From NCBI RefSeq assembly GCF_001194135.2, contig NC_068981.1, positions 8,108,406-8,172,125 on the forward strand: DNA of 63,720 nucleotides, read 5' to 3'. Position numbers and translations under genes: made by a program. Position 1 is the stretch's first letter. The number at the start of each line of letters is the position of its first letter. A model generated the notes under the pieces. That model did no database searches and was not told the DNA's origin. It worked only from the letters and a program-made list of their open reading frames with translations. The stretch comes from Octopus bimaculoides. Lineage: Eukaryota. Below are positions 51,258 to 63,720 of the stretch, piece by piece.

Positions 51258-52279
51258 TCTTTACAACTTAACAATTCGATAAATAGGTATTGGTAAAATA
51301 AGTGTCGGGATAAAATACTATGGCGTTAATATGATTGGCTAAAACCTTTGAAAACCCGGTCCAATAAATAAAATCAGTACAAGCTATAAAATAAACATAT
51401 ATAGAAAGAAGAAAATGCTTGTGAAAGAGTGGAAGAGATGATAATAAATTTGGTAAACTAAACACAGGAGATTTACCAACTGTCTTGAAGAGTTCTACTG
51501 AAGGTGGAGGGAGGGGTGGATTGGCAAGAAGGAATGATGTAAAGAATTCAAATAAATCATTTTACACACACACACAGACACATACACACACACATACACA
51601 TATATAACATCTCATATATCATATACGTGTGTGTATGTGTATTTATATGTATTTTATTATTCCGTTTAACCATAACGATACTAATAACTATGCGTGTGTG
51701 TGTGTGTGTGTGTGTGCATATGTTTGCGTGTATGGGTTTGTGTACATACGTACACAAACATACATATTTAGAGAAAGAGAGAGGAGAGAGAAGGAAGAGG
51801 GAGAAAGAGAGAGAAGAAGACAAAGATAGAATCATAAAGTGAGCGAAAGAAAGAAAAAGAATTGTTGAAAACGGAAGAAAAAGAAAGATGAAAGAGTTCT
51901 TTTTTTTTTGTGGCGCAGTAAAACGAAAAGAAAAGGAAAAGCGAATAAAAGGCAAACAAAATGTTTGGGTTTATCTGGTGTTTAAGAAGAAAATGTTGTT
52001 GGCAGGACACCGGAAGTTAATGGTCGTTAATCTTACTGTAACTTTTGTAGTGGCTAATATGGCGACTCCTGATTATTTTTATTTGTATGTTTTATTTATT
52101 ACGTGTATTTATTTTTATCATTTGCTGAAGTATTTTATTTCATTGGAAAATATATTTGAATAAAAGAGACTGAAAAACAGAAATCTAACAGCAGACAGAA
52201 ACTAAGCGAATCAAATCAGACATTTTGGTTAGTGTAATAACAACTGTTCATTAAATCACATTAAGCTGTAACAACAGTT

Positions 52280-52427
52280 GTTGTTGATGATGATGATGGT
52301 GATGGTGGTGGTGGTGGTGGTGGTGGTGGTGGTGGTGGTGATGATGTCGATGTTCTTGATATTGTTGATGCTATCACTGATGATGAAGATGATGATGATT
52401 ATACTGATGATTATAACGATGATGATA

Positions 52428-52459
<32 letters not shown>

Positions 52460-52460
52460 A
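52280..52460. repeat. Compound (GAT)n/(GGT)n microsatellite
   Basis: Direct reading. Confidence 0.95.
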
Positions 52461-52914
52461 TGATGGTAATAAGAAGTGAGGGGCAGAAAGAAATAGTGAT
52501 ATAAGGAGGAAGATAAACAAGGAATTGATGGGGAGAAGTGAAATATTGACTGAAACAGGCAACACGTAATAAGTGGAGAGAGGGTAGATGTTAAAAGAGA
52601 GAGGGAGGAAACAGGGTAAGAAAGCAATGAAAAAGTGAGAGGAGGAAAGAGAGAGAGAGAGTATAAGACGGAAAAGAGAGAGTTAAAAGGGAAGGGTATA
52701 CGAGTTTACGGTAGACAGAACCGGATTAACCATAAAACGAAATAAGCACGTAATTAGCGTCGCAAGGGAAGGGGAACACTAAAGGAAGCAGCTACGACAT
52801 AGATTTTTCTGGTCACCCCCCCCCCCNNNNNNNNNNNNNNNNNNNNNNNNNNNNNNNNNNNNNNNNNNNNNNNNNNNNNNNNNNNNNNNNNNNNNNNNNN
52901 NNNNNNNNNNNNNN

Positions 52915-52979
<65 letters not shown>

Positions 52980-53975
52980 GAATGTTTCATAATTCCCTAT
53001 GATAATAATTAAAAGCAAATAATTTGTTTATGTATTTCACTGTTATTTAATGTTAAATGAATAAAGTGGCAAACAAACAGCGTTTCATTTAAAATAGATT
53101 TGTGAGACGTTGGGGTCTGACCTGGGTCTTCAAAACCTGCGAAAATTCTGGGTTTTATAATTCAACATTATCCAAACAGCATGTATTGCTGTCATATCTT
53201 GTCGGTTAGGCAAAAGAAGTGTGAAGGTGGGCGACAATATTGTTAGGCTGTGATTAGGGTATTAAAAGATCTACATCCAGTCCTAATGCTAGCGTCACAA
53301 ATATTTCATTAAGTCCATCTTACTGACTGACTTTCATTCATTGTATTCACTATTTTAGCACTTAACTATGATTTCTACGCGGATGGCGTAACCAGGTAAT
53401 TTCCTCATTGATTTTCTTGCCAAGTCAACTCAATTATTAATGAATGTCCATATTAGATAGAGATGGCATTTGACATTAAGTGATATATGCCTAACGTCTC
53501 CCTCGTCTGAATAGAAGGGAGTCTACCGTGTTTTCATTTAGTTGTCAGAACGGCCGTATTGTTTGAATGAGTAAACATGCGGAGGTGTACGAACTCACAA
53601 GTGTGTCTGTATGCGTCCATGTGTGTGTATAATGTGTGTGTATGTATGACAATGTGTGCAAGAAGGAAAGTAAGCAGATTTCAGTGAAAAGATAATAAAT
53701 GTAACGCGTGGGTTGAGTGAAAAGGCTGCCTGTATGGTAGACCAGACACTAGTTAAGAGGGTCGTCTGCAAAGTCAAAACAGTAGTGTCTTTTTTTACTT
53801 GGGGGTGTCTATCTTTTTTGGTTTTGCACTTGGATGTTGCTCTAAATTGCCATTTGTTAATACAAACGGTATCTTGAAGATTCGGGATTAAAAATCATTT
53901 ATTTTTTCATTCTTCCAATGTATATATATATATGGGGGGACATGTTTGTGTGTATACTTAGATACATACACACAA

Positions 53976-54052
<77 letters not shown>

Positions 54053-54149
54053 CGTATATATATATAATCCAAAAACACAAGAAGAAAACAACGCAAGGAC
54101 GTGGTAGATGCAAAGTATGAGCAGATGCCCTGGGAAGGAAAGAAAGGTA

Positions 54150-54184
54150 GTTTTACGTTTCGAGCAAAGCTCTTCGTCAGAGAC
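54150..54184 (-). ncRNA. Minimal type I hammerhead ribozyme motif with weakened stem I
   Basis: Minus strand GTCT-CTGACGA-A-GAGC-ttt-GCTC-GAAA-CG-TA-AAAC; core and stem II intact, one mismatch in a 4-bp stem I. Confidence 0.6.
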
Positions 54185-54399
54185 ATGAGAGAGAAGAAAA
54201 TTCAAGAAAAAAAGAAAACGGAGGAAAAAAATCGCTAACGATCCACCTGTGGTTATATGTATACACACAAATACATATTTATATAAATATATACACTTAT
54301 ACATACATATATATATATGTATGTATAAGTATGCAGACTGTAGCCATAGTAACGAAGCTACAGCACGCGGAGTGAAACCGCTTGGCACAGATTGACCTT

Positions 54400-54918
54400 A
54401 AACTCTGCTGTGCTTGCGTACGTAAGTTTTAATGTTTTTATTCTCTTCTGCTATTTACAGCAGTGTTTGGAAGGAAGGTGTGTAGCGTGCGATCGTCGCA
54501 TTGACCTTGACAGAGAAAGTTTCCATGGCGATACCGGCTCAGAAACCTACACTAAGTTGCAGAAAGTATATAAAGAGGAGTGTATGAGACGCACACAAAT
54601 GTACGAGTGGGTTAAACGTTTCCAAGATGGCTGAAAAAACGTCGATATTGACGAACGTTCTGGGAGACCCGCAACCAGCAGAACTGAGCAAAATATCGCA
54701 GATGTACATGCAGCTGTGAGGGGAAATCGTCGAATCCCCATCCGTGAGTTATCAGAGGATGTGCAGATTTGTTACGGTTCAGTTCAGTCCATTATCACAG
54801 AAGATTTGGGTACGAGGCGCGTGTCTACCAAGTTTGTGCCAAAACTGCTTTCAGCTAACCAAGAAAACACTCGGGTTTCAGTTGCACGAGATCTCCTCGA
54901 TTGTGTCGAGAACGGTGA
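54400..54918 (+). pseudogene. mariner transposase N-terminal half (HTH DNA-binding region)
   Basis: GDTGSETYTKLQKVY...YEWVKRFQDG*KNVDIDERSGRP...RRIPIRELSEDV...LGTRRVSTKFVPKLL; one in-frame TGA at 54632. Confidence 0.92.
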
Positions 54919-55087
54919 AAACTTTCTGGAAACTTTGCGTAGGACTCTGAGCAGGTAACGCCAAGCTTTTGGTAAAATTTGATGCAGATTCTCGGCTCAA
55001 CTTTCTCTGCCATGGTCAATGCGACGATCACACGTTTCTACACACGTTTCTTCCAAGCACTGCTGCAAACAGCGGAAGTGTGCTAGA
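54919..55087 (-). pseudogene. Inverted 5' end of a related mariner, including the start codon
   Basis: ATG at 55013 gives MAEKVEPRICIKFYQKLGVTCSESYAKF; upstream sequence matches 54440-54520 in reverse complement. Confidence 0.85.
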
Positions 55088-55523
55088 NNNNNNNNNNNNN
55101 NNNNNNNNNNNNNNNNNNNNNNNNNNNNNNNNNNNNNNNNNNNNNNNNNNNNNNNNNNNNNNNNNNNNNNNNNNNNNNNNNNNNNNNNNNNNNNNNNNNN
55201 NNNNNNNNNNNNNNNNNNNNNNNNNNNNNNNNNNNNNNNNNNNNNNNNNNNNNNNNNNNNNNNNNNNNNNNNNNNNNNNNNNNNNNNNNNNNNNNNNNNN
55301 NNNNNNNNNNNNNNNNNNNNNNNNNNNNNNNNNNNNNNNNNNNNNNNNNNNNNNNNNNNNNNNNNNNNNNNNNNNNNNNNNNNNNNNNNNNNNNNNNNNN
55401 NNNNNNNNNNNNNNNNNNNNNNNNNNNNNNNNNNNNNNNNNNNNNNNNNNNNNNNNNNNNNNNNNNNNNNNNNNNNNNNNNNNNNNNNNNNNNNNNNNNN
55501 NNNNNNNNNNNNNNNNNNNNNNN

Positions 55524-55598
55524 GTAGGTAGGTAGGTAGGTAGGTAGGTAGGTAGGTAGGTAGGTAGGTAGGTAGGTAGGTAGGTAGGTAGGTAGGTA
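55524..55598. repeat. (TAGG)n microsatellite
   Basis: Direct reading. Confidence 0.95.
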
Positions 55599-56952
55599 TG
55601 CATGCATATACATATACATTTGTAGCAGATTTCTTTTTCATAAATATATATTTGAAATATATGAAATAAAGATGGAAAACCGAAAAATATTGGTCCCAGT
55701 TGTACAAATATTCCAACATTTATCTCAATTATGATTGGGCAATCAAAATGAAAGACAGCTGTTTCGGCCTGTTTAGTCACTGAGAAGGACTGGTGGTGGG
55801 GACGCTCACTAAGGAGGAGGTGGAGTTCAATTTTCAAATATAAAGGAGCAAAACCGACTGACATATATTAAGAAGCGATTTGGTAAGGATGTACGTATTC
55901 ACAAGCACATACATTTACATATGCATATAGATATGCGTGTGTGTGTGTGCGTTATTAAGAAGGCGAGGAATGTGAAAACTTCGAAGTTACTGTTAACATT
56001 TTTTTTCTAAACTTATGTATATGTACTTATTATATTTGTAGTCAACTAAAAACTACTGCTTCATCACTTAGTTTAAATTTAAACTCTTCTGATANNNNNN
56101 NNNNNNNNNNNNNNNNNNNNNNNNNNNNNNNNNNNNNNNNNNNNNNNNNNNNNNNNNNNNNNNNNNNNNNNNNNNNNNNNNNNNNNNNNNNNNNNNNNNN
56201 NNNNNNNNNNNNNNNNNNNNNNNNNNNNNNNNNNNNNNNNNNNNNNNNNNNNNNNNNNNNNNNNNNNNNNNNNNNNNNNNNNNNNNNNNNNNNNNNNNNN
56301 NNNNNNNNNNNNNNNNNNNNNNNNNNNNNNNNNNNNNNNNNNNNNNNNNNNNNNNNNNNNNNNNNNNNNNNNNNNNNNNNNNNNNNNNNNNNNNNNNNNN
56401 NNNNNNNNNNNNNNNNNNNNNNNNNNNNNNNNNNNNNNNNNNNNNNNNNNNNNNNNNNNNNNNNNNNNNNNNNNNNNNNNNNNNNNNNNNNNNNNNNNNN
56501 NNNNNNNNNNNNNNNNNNNNNNNNNTATATATATATCATTAACAAAAATCTCTAGGCGCCTGAGTCAATGTAGCTCCCAAGCTAATAAAATACCTGCTTT
56601 ACACACGCGCGCGCGCGAAGTTGGTATCATTGTATATATATATAATATCTAGAGAGAGAGTGTGTGTTACTAACTTTAACACTAAGCAGAAAATGCTAGA
56701 AAGGCGTAGATCATACATTAACGGTTCTAAAAGATGCAACATATGTACTGATAAAATGGGTTAATCATAGAAAATTATCGACAATTTCGTGAATTGTTTA
56801 AACACTATGAGACTACTTTTTCGCCACTTGCACCAGTATCTGCTCAAATTATATCAGTTCTCTCCTACTTTGGATTATACAATGAATTCTCACTAAGTCC
56901 CTTTGTTATATCGGGTTTTTTCTCCAAAATATTTGAATCATTGATAGTGAAC

Positions 56953-57026
56953 AAGCTCCCAGAGAGTCGAACCCAGTACCTCCCGAATTACAGCTCAGGG
57001 CTCTGGACCATTAAGCTAAGCAATCC
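56953..57026 (-). pseudogene. Degenerate tRNA-like sequence (GTA anticodon, Tyr-like) or isolated SINE head
   Basis: Minus strand tagcttaatggt (A box), cctga-gctGTAat-tcggg arm, ggttcgactc (B box); acceptor stem does not pair. Confidence 0.5.
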
Positions 57027-57210
57027 TTCACATGTGAATCATTAGTTTCCTGCTATCCTTCAATTATCATTCTTTATCGGATTTTCCCCTTCACGTTCCC
57101 TTCCCATTGAATAGATAACCTGATAAGCCTTTTTCAACACTGGTACCGATTCTAATTTCTTCATTCAAATCCGCTGAAATAACCCGGAAATCGCGATACA
57201 CATATTGTTT

Positions 57211-57482
57211 TGAGCTGAGTGGGGGTGTTAGATTCCTGGTTCGAAAATATAAGGACACAGATCGTGTCGTATAGCCAGCTGGAGACGATGTCCTAAACCA
57301 GGGCTGCCATGTTATGTTGGCAAACAATCTTTGCTTCATTTTATGTTGCTCCTGTTCATTCAGCTGTAAATGAGTAACCCCCCCCCACGATGAAGTGGCG
57401 TCCCCTTGAAGTCGGCGTTGTGATCTTAGTCATTGATACTCCATGGAAACCGGGTAACCAGCATTATGAGCCCTAGGACTCG
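57211..57482 (+). mobile_element. Old SINE relic
   Basis: gctgagtgg...ggttcgaa head-like; ttgctcctgttcattcagctgtaaatgagtaacc resembles the family C central segment. Confidence 0.45.
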
Positions 57483-57784
57483 AGTCAACAATGCCCATAG
57501 GTTTTCGTTGCTGTTGCTGATGACGATAATGAAGATGAATCGATTAGAATGAAGTCAACTCCTTCACGGGACTTCTATTTAAATTGTGTCACTTGTATCA
57601 CCTCTGGGTCTCGTTGTGCTCCAAGTAATCGTTCGGTAGGCTCAAATGTGTACGACCCACCTTCCTAAAACTCAAACATTTCCGCTTGAAGTCTTCCTCT
57701 AACCTCTTCCTACCCTTTAGTACTCTCATTCAATGTTACCCTGATTCACGCTGCATCATTGATTTGATTTGATGCTCTCATTCC

Positions 57785-58060
57785 TGGATCGTTGCACATT
57801 ATCCACTGTAGACCAGGTAATTTATGTCTCACGCCATATAAACTTTGACAATGCTATGGCACATTTTCCGACGGAGCTGACAAATGAATGTTTATGCTTG
57901 TAATAACGACTTTTGAACGTGAGTTCCGTTTCATTATAAGCTTTAGGTTGATCACTGCTGTTTGATTCGTTCTCTGCACAGTATACTATCGACCTTGCCA
58001 GTATAGGGGACACTTCTCACGAAGCTTACAGTTGAATTATCTTTGTTGACTAGCTATTTG
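57785..58060 (-). pseudogene. Penelope-like element GIY-YIG endonuclease relic
   Basis: Minus strand NCKLREKCPL, then after a frameshift SIVYCAE...AYNETELTFKSRYYKHKHSF...ALSKFIW...ITWS. Confidence 0.75.
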
Positions 58061-59476
58061 CATTTCTCTTCTATTCAACATCGCGACATTATGACCCCTG
58101 ATATAACACCAGACATATTTAAAAGCTGAGTAACTAACCTATTAAATATTTTTCTGTGCTTGTGCCCGGGCGGAAAATGGTGATGTATTAAATTTAGAAA
58201 TGAGTAGTATAAGATGTGGATTCAGAGAATCGTGCAACTAACACAGAAAGTTCCTCTTACGGACTCGGCTAACTGTCCACATAGTAATCAATTACAAGGA
58301 TGTGAAGGATGTGTGATGTGAGGTGTCTACGTAAGAAGGTTGCAAGATGGCCGTAATCCACTGGAAGTCACGTGGTTAAATATATACATATACATATATA
58401 TATATATATATATGACAACAAAGTGTAGGTGTTTCAGAATATATTTTATCATATATACTGGCATGGTAAAGCGAAGCTTTTTCTCTGCCCATTTCAACAT
58501 AGAAAACGTGTCAACACACATTGATATTTACAAGTAAACTTTTAAAGAGAAACAAAACAAGAAAAAAAATGAGTTAATCAGTTGAATTGAATAGGAGATT
58601 AAATTAATGGCAAAAAGTTTTAAAAGAAAAAGAATATACGTGTGTATATATATACATATATATATTTATGTATATATGTATGTATGTATGCATATATATG
58701 TATACTTGTACATGCATATATATGTGTATGCTTGTATATATATATATATTATATGTATGTATGTACATTTGAATGTATCATGTATGTGTGTATGTATTCG
58801 TGTGTGTGTGTTCGTGTGTGTGTGTGTGTGTACCTGGCGAATGTGATGCTAGCGAAATATGCTATAAAAAAATATGGTGATGTTTTATACGTTTGCGGTT
58901 AGAGTTGCAGTATATTCAAAGTTAAAACGGAGCGAGATAAATTGGTATTGGTAAGAGAATGCGAAAATGACAAGAAAGCGTCACTTTCACACTCGGCTAT
59001 AAAACATTATTGGTGATACTGACGCTTTGTTTTTTGGTTGTTGTTGTTGTCTTCGTTTTGCTTTTAGGTTGTGCTTTTTTCCTTCTCTGAAATTATTCCT
59101 AACATGGCAATAAAGATAAGCTAATGGATATAAACACACACATACACATATATATGTATATAATACATACATATATATATAAAGTGGATACACACACATA
59201 CACATTTAAATATGTAACCGCATGTATATATATATATATACATATATACATGTAGCGGATGCCTACACATACATATAAATGCTCACACACATATTTATAT
59301 ATGTTTGTATGTATATATATATATATATGTGTGTGTGTGTACATGGATACATACATATGCATACAAGCGTATAAATGTTCCCATATACCCACATCCATAA
59401 AGATACATTTGACGCACTTGCACATACATATCCTGGCTCCAACACACGTATATCTACATACGTTCTTATGTACGCG

Positions 59477-59508
<32 letters not shown>

Positions 59509-59889
59509 CACTCGCTGATGCACACGCACATAAGCAGGAACGTACGAACACATATAGATACATAGACACATAAACAGACAATACTTCGAAAGGTGATTCG
59601 ATAAAGGTAAGTCATTGGAAACGGTAAAACCAGGTACTGTATAAAACTCTAAAGAACTTTCTTGAAACAATTTGAGTAATTCTTAAAATAATGGAGATAT
59701 TTCGAGAGTTAAAAATGGTGTCTGGCAGATTTGAAGTCAGTTCAGTATGTTTTATAGTGTTGTAAGAGGTGTGAGGTAAAGAAGTGATAATGAGAAGAAG
59801 AAGAAAAGAGAGAAAGAGGTGGTGAAAGTGAAAGAAAGAAGAAGGAGAAGCGATGGAGATTAAGAAAGAACTCAATGACAGTGAGATGA

Positions 59890-59950
<61 letters not shown>

Positions 59951-60000
59951 TTGATAGTGAGAAAAGAATAAGAGATGGGTATACATATACAAATATAGAC

Positions 60001-60047
<47 letters not shown>

Positions 60048-60395
60048 CATTTCTTTTATTAGCCACACAGGGCTCAACGAAGATGGGACAAATACAATGT
60101 AGAGCTTTTCTTTTTGGGAGGGGGAANNNNNNNNNNNNNNNNNNNNNNNNNNNNNNNNNNNNNNNNNNNNNNNNNNNNNNNNNNNNNNNNNNNNNNNNNN
60201 NNNNNNNNNNNNNNNNNNNNNNNNNNNNNNNNNNNNNNNNNNNNNNNNNNNNNNNNNNNNNNNNNNNNNNNNNNNNNNNNNNNNNGAAAAGCCTACGGAA
60301 AAGACCACGATAACCTTGGTCAATATTCTCATTGAAGAAACTATAACAGTAAGTGACTCTCTTTTGCCTTTTTGTTGTTTTTTTTCTTGGATTTT

Positions 60396-60446
<51 letters not shown>

Positions 60447-60789
60447 CGTGAAAAGTGGAAGAAATCAGAGATTTAATCTGAGATGTAATTTCCAAATAGC
60501 AAGCAAAATCTTCCTCGAGTAACATTCTATCACACACACGCACCTCTCTCGATATATGCGTATCTCAATATACGTCTACACTCCTCTACGTTCACAAATG
60601 CCCCTTCTCCCCTCTCTTTCTAGCCCCCACTGGAATCACATTTCTTCCAGGCCCTAACCATCGCCCCTTTTCTTCTTCAAACTACTTTTCTTTTTTCACT
60701 CACTCTTTACACTTTTTTCTTTTCTTTCCTTTTGATGAAAGACTAGCATCCGAAACGGAGACTCCCTTTTGATTACTTTGCTTTCATAA

Positions 60790-60833
<44 letters not shown>

Positions 60834-61409
60834 AATCTATTTATCTATCAATCTGTCTATTTATATATCTATCTATTTATCTATCTATCTATGTCTGTCT
60901 GTCAATCTATTTATCTGTCTGTCTGTCTGTTTCTTTTTCTCTGGCATGCACTATTTCTATTGTTGTTATATCAACCGATTTTAATACATTTAGGAGGTAA
61001 ATCAAATTCTCTGAATGAGAGTTCAAACTATGATCTGGATCAAACGTACTCTTTTATGCAGATAAATGTCTTTTATATAAAGCAACAAGAATGAACAGCT
61101 CAAAACATTGCTACACGCGTATTGAGCAGCGTAGTCCCTTTATATCAACAATGCATAATGTTACGTAATATTACACAATTTTATATTATTGCCTAAAAGC
61201 GCCATTTCATGAGACAATATCCAGTCTATTTATCGGCAAGATCAATGATCAAAGTTAGTTTTAATCATGCCAATCAGTGACTGGATATTGTCTGATGAAA
61301 TAGTGCGGTTGGGCACCAATATATTGATAATTAATTAGTTTAATCCATATCTCCCCCGTCTTTTCATGACCTCTAATTAATTATTAAGGTGATATCTGTT
61401 TCTCTTCAC

Positions 61410-61534
<125 letters not shown>

Positions 61535-62214
61535 ACATGTATGTAATATAATTTTTTCTGAATTTTCAAAATTTTATTCATGCTAGGCTGCTGGTTTTAA
61601 ATTGGTATTAATTAAATTAATATCCAATTTATCACCCTTATTATTTAAATTTATATATATTCGCATAGGGCGTCACAAAACGTGTACAACAAGAAATACG
61701 ATGTACGAGTACATGGAATATGAACTATTTTTCGAACAACGAAAGACACAAATAAAAAGCGACCCTTCATCAGTTGTTGGCTGTTTTTCTACTCTCGGAA
61801 TGTTTTTTAACTTGTTTAATTCGTGCATAAAAATTCACCTGATGAAAAAAGGGTTTTTTTTAACATTATGTAATAACTATATTCATCAATAAAAAGACGT
61901 TTGAAACAGCTGTAGTGAGTGAACCACAATCCATCTGTTGTTATTTATTATTGGCCTTACTTGGAACCTGCAACTGCAGTGAATCTAGAGTCTATTAAAG
62001 GCAGTGCAAGTACCTAGGTGCTGTCTTGAGACTTGTAGTATATTCAGTCGGACGACTGTGATCGCACATGCAGATGGAATATAAATCCATCTTTACTTCG
62101 GTATGCACGTATATGTTCATCTAATTTAGTTTCGTACACGATGGCGATTTTATTGACCCGACCTTGGTACCTTACTATTTAAGGACCTGATTCAGTTGAA
62201 GTCGTGTGTGTGTG

Positions 62215-62276
<62 letters not shown>

Positions 62277-62928
62277 NNNNNNNNNNNNNNNNNNNNNNNN
62301 NNNNNNNNNNNNNNNNNNNNNNNNNNNNNNNNNNNNNNNNNNNNNNNNNNNNNNNNNNNNNNNNNNNNNNNNNNNNNNNNNNNNNNNNNNNNNNNNNNNN
62401 NNNNNNNNNNNNNNNNNNNNNNNNNNNNNNNNNNNNNNNNNNNNNNNNNNNNNNNNNNNNNNNNNNNNNNNNNNNNNNNNNNNNNNNNNNNNNNNNNNNN
62501 NNNNNNNNNNNNNNNNNNNNNNNNNNNNNNNNNNNNNNNNNNNNNNNNNNNNNNNNNNNNNNNNNNNNNNNNNNNNNNNNNNNNNNNNNNNNNNNNNNNN
62601 NNNNNNNNNNNNNNNNNNNNNNNNNNNNNNNNNNNNNNNNNNNNNNNNNNNNNNNNNNNNNNNNNNNNNNNNNNNNNNNNNNNNNNNNNNNNNNNNNNNN
62701 NNNNNNNNNNNNNNNNNNNNNNNNNNNNNNNNNNNNNNNNNNNNNNNNNNNNNNNNNNNNNNNNNNNNNNNNNNNNNNNNNNNNNNNNNNNNNNNNNNNN
62801 NNNNNNNNNNNNNNNNNNNNNNNNNNNNNNNNNNNNNNNNNNNNNNNNNNNNNNNNNNNNNNNNNNNNNNNNNNNNNNNNNNNNNNNNNNNNNNNNNNNN
62901 NNNNNNNNNNNNNGATTTTATCCTATAT

Positions 62929-62970
<42 letters not shown>

Positions 62971-63360
62971 TTCAGTTGAATTAGGTACTTAAGCTGAAGC
63001 ACCAAATCAGTCTGTTATTATCCGCACAGCTCGAAGTAAGGTGAATAAAATCAAAATACGCAACAGGATATCAAGAGGTGATGCAGTACGACCGTTTCAA
63101 GCTGCTCCATTTAATTGAACAATGCAATTATTACATCACTTTAAATGTAGTGCACAAATAAATAAATAGAATTTTAATCAGTCAGACACATTAATATAAT
63201 TTTACTCAAATACTTTAACAGAGTAAGAAGATGGAAGAAATTCATGTTGTCGCTATTGTAGCTGAGAATATACTACACTTCCAAGAAAGCATGAAGGTTA
63301 CTGGGGTCATAGCTCGTAAAGGATTGTGGTTCATTTCTAATTTATTTGTCTTTTATCAAC

Positions 63361-63720
63361 TACTAGCAGAAATACCCGGCTTTGCCCGGGTTAAAGAGAA
63401 TAATGAAATCTAAAAACGCCGTCTAAACTACGCAACCCTCAACTGTTAGTAGCTACGATACCATATTTCTACATTAATAACTCTCCAATCCATGCCAGCA
63501 TGGAACATAGACATTAAGTGGAATGCCAGTCTCTCATCTAGGAGGGCCTTGAAATCAATGTTACCAACTGGGGACTATGTGTGTCGTAGTGATAATAAAA
63601 AGACCCAAAGGAGGTCTGCAACGAAATAATTTTACTCAACACTTTGCAAGTGAATCAGTGGAGGCAAAGATGTGTCTCATTTACTTGACAATTTATGCAC
63701 CACATTGCAGAAATCACAAT
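63361..63720 (+). mobile_element. Probable 5' end of a Helitron/Helentron-like element, extending beyond the window
   Basis: tactagcagaaatacccggctttgcccgggt: ACTAG start followed by the hairpin acccgg-ctttgc-ccgggt (63374-63391). Confidence 0.55.

Noticed and set aside
55754-55790. Minus-strand ...ggccGAAACAGCTGTC, resembling the 3' half of a PLE hammerhead
   Set aside because: CTGANGA core is absent (ctcagtga) and stem I does not pair; at most a decayed relic
60730-60765. ttgatga-aagactagcatcc-gaaacgg
   Set aside because: C3 is missing, there is no stem II and no NUH triplet

Overview
Eukaryotic, AT-rich, non-genic DNA from a gapped short-read assembly, with about 20 larger N-gaps that almost all sit next to microsatellites. 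The dense di/tri/tetranucleotide microsatellites and the tRNA-derived SINE families resemble an octopus genome (inference, not verified). No host protein-coding gene can be supported. Most long ORFs in the track are artefacts of N-runs or simple repeats; the informative ones belong to decayed transposons. The window contains several tRNA-derived SINE families (labelled A-E here), decayed RTE and R4/Dong-like LINEs, mariner transposase relics, Helitron/Helentron-like ends and long foldback elements. The main signal is a set of Penelope-like element (PLE) sequences. Two decayed PLE ORFs with GIY-YIG endonuclease lie at 16545-17330 (+) and 57785-58060 (-). Three unrelated short sequences carry minimal type I hammerhead ribozyme cores, at 6194-6236 (-), 50410-50455 (+) and 54150-54184 (-). 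One hammerhead belongs to a ~350-nt non-coding monomer family present as two insertions (5974-6539 and 43367-43587), each with a 12-14 bp target-site duplication and an inverted end, which makes it a candidate retrozyme. A cluster of perfect NRF1 and MARE motifs at 46582-46701 is the best candidate host regulatory element. All alignments and folds were done by eye.
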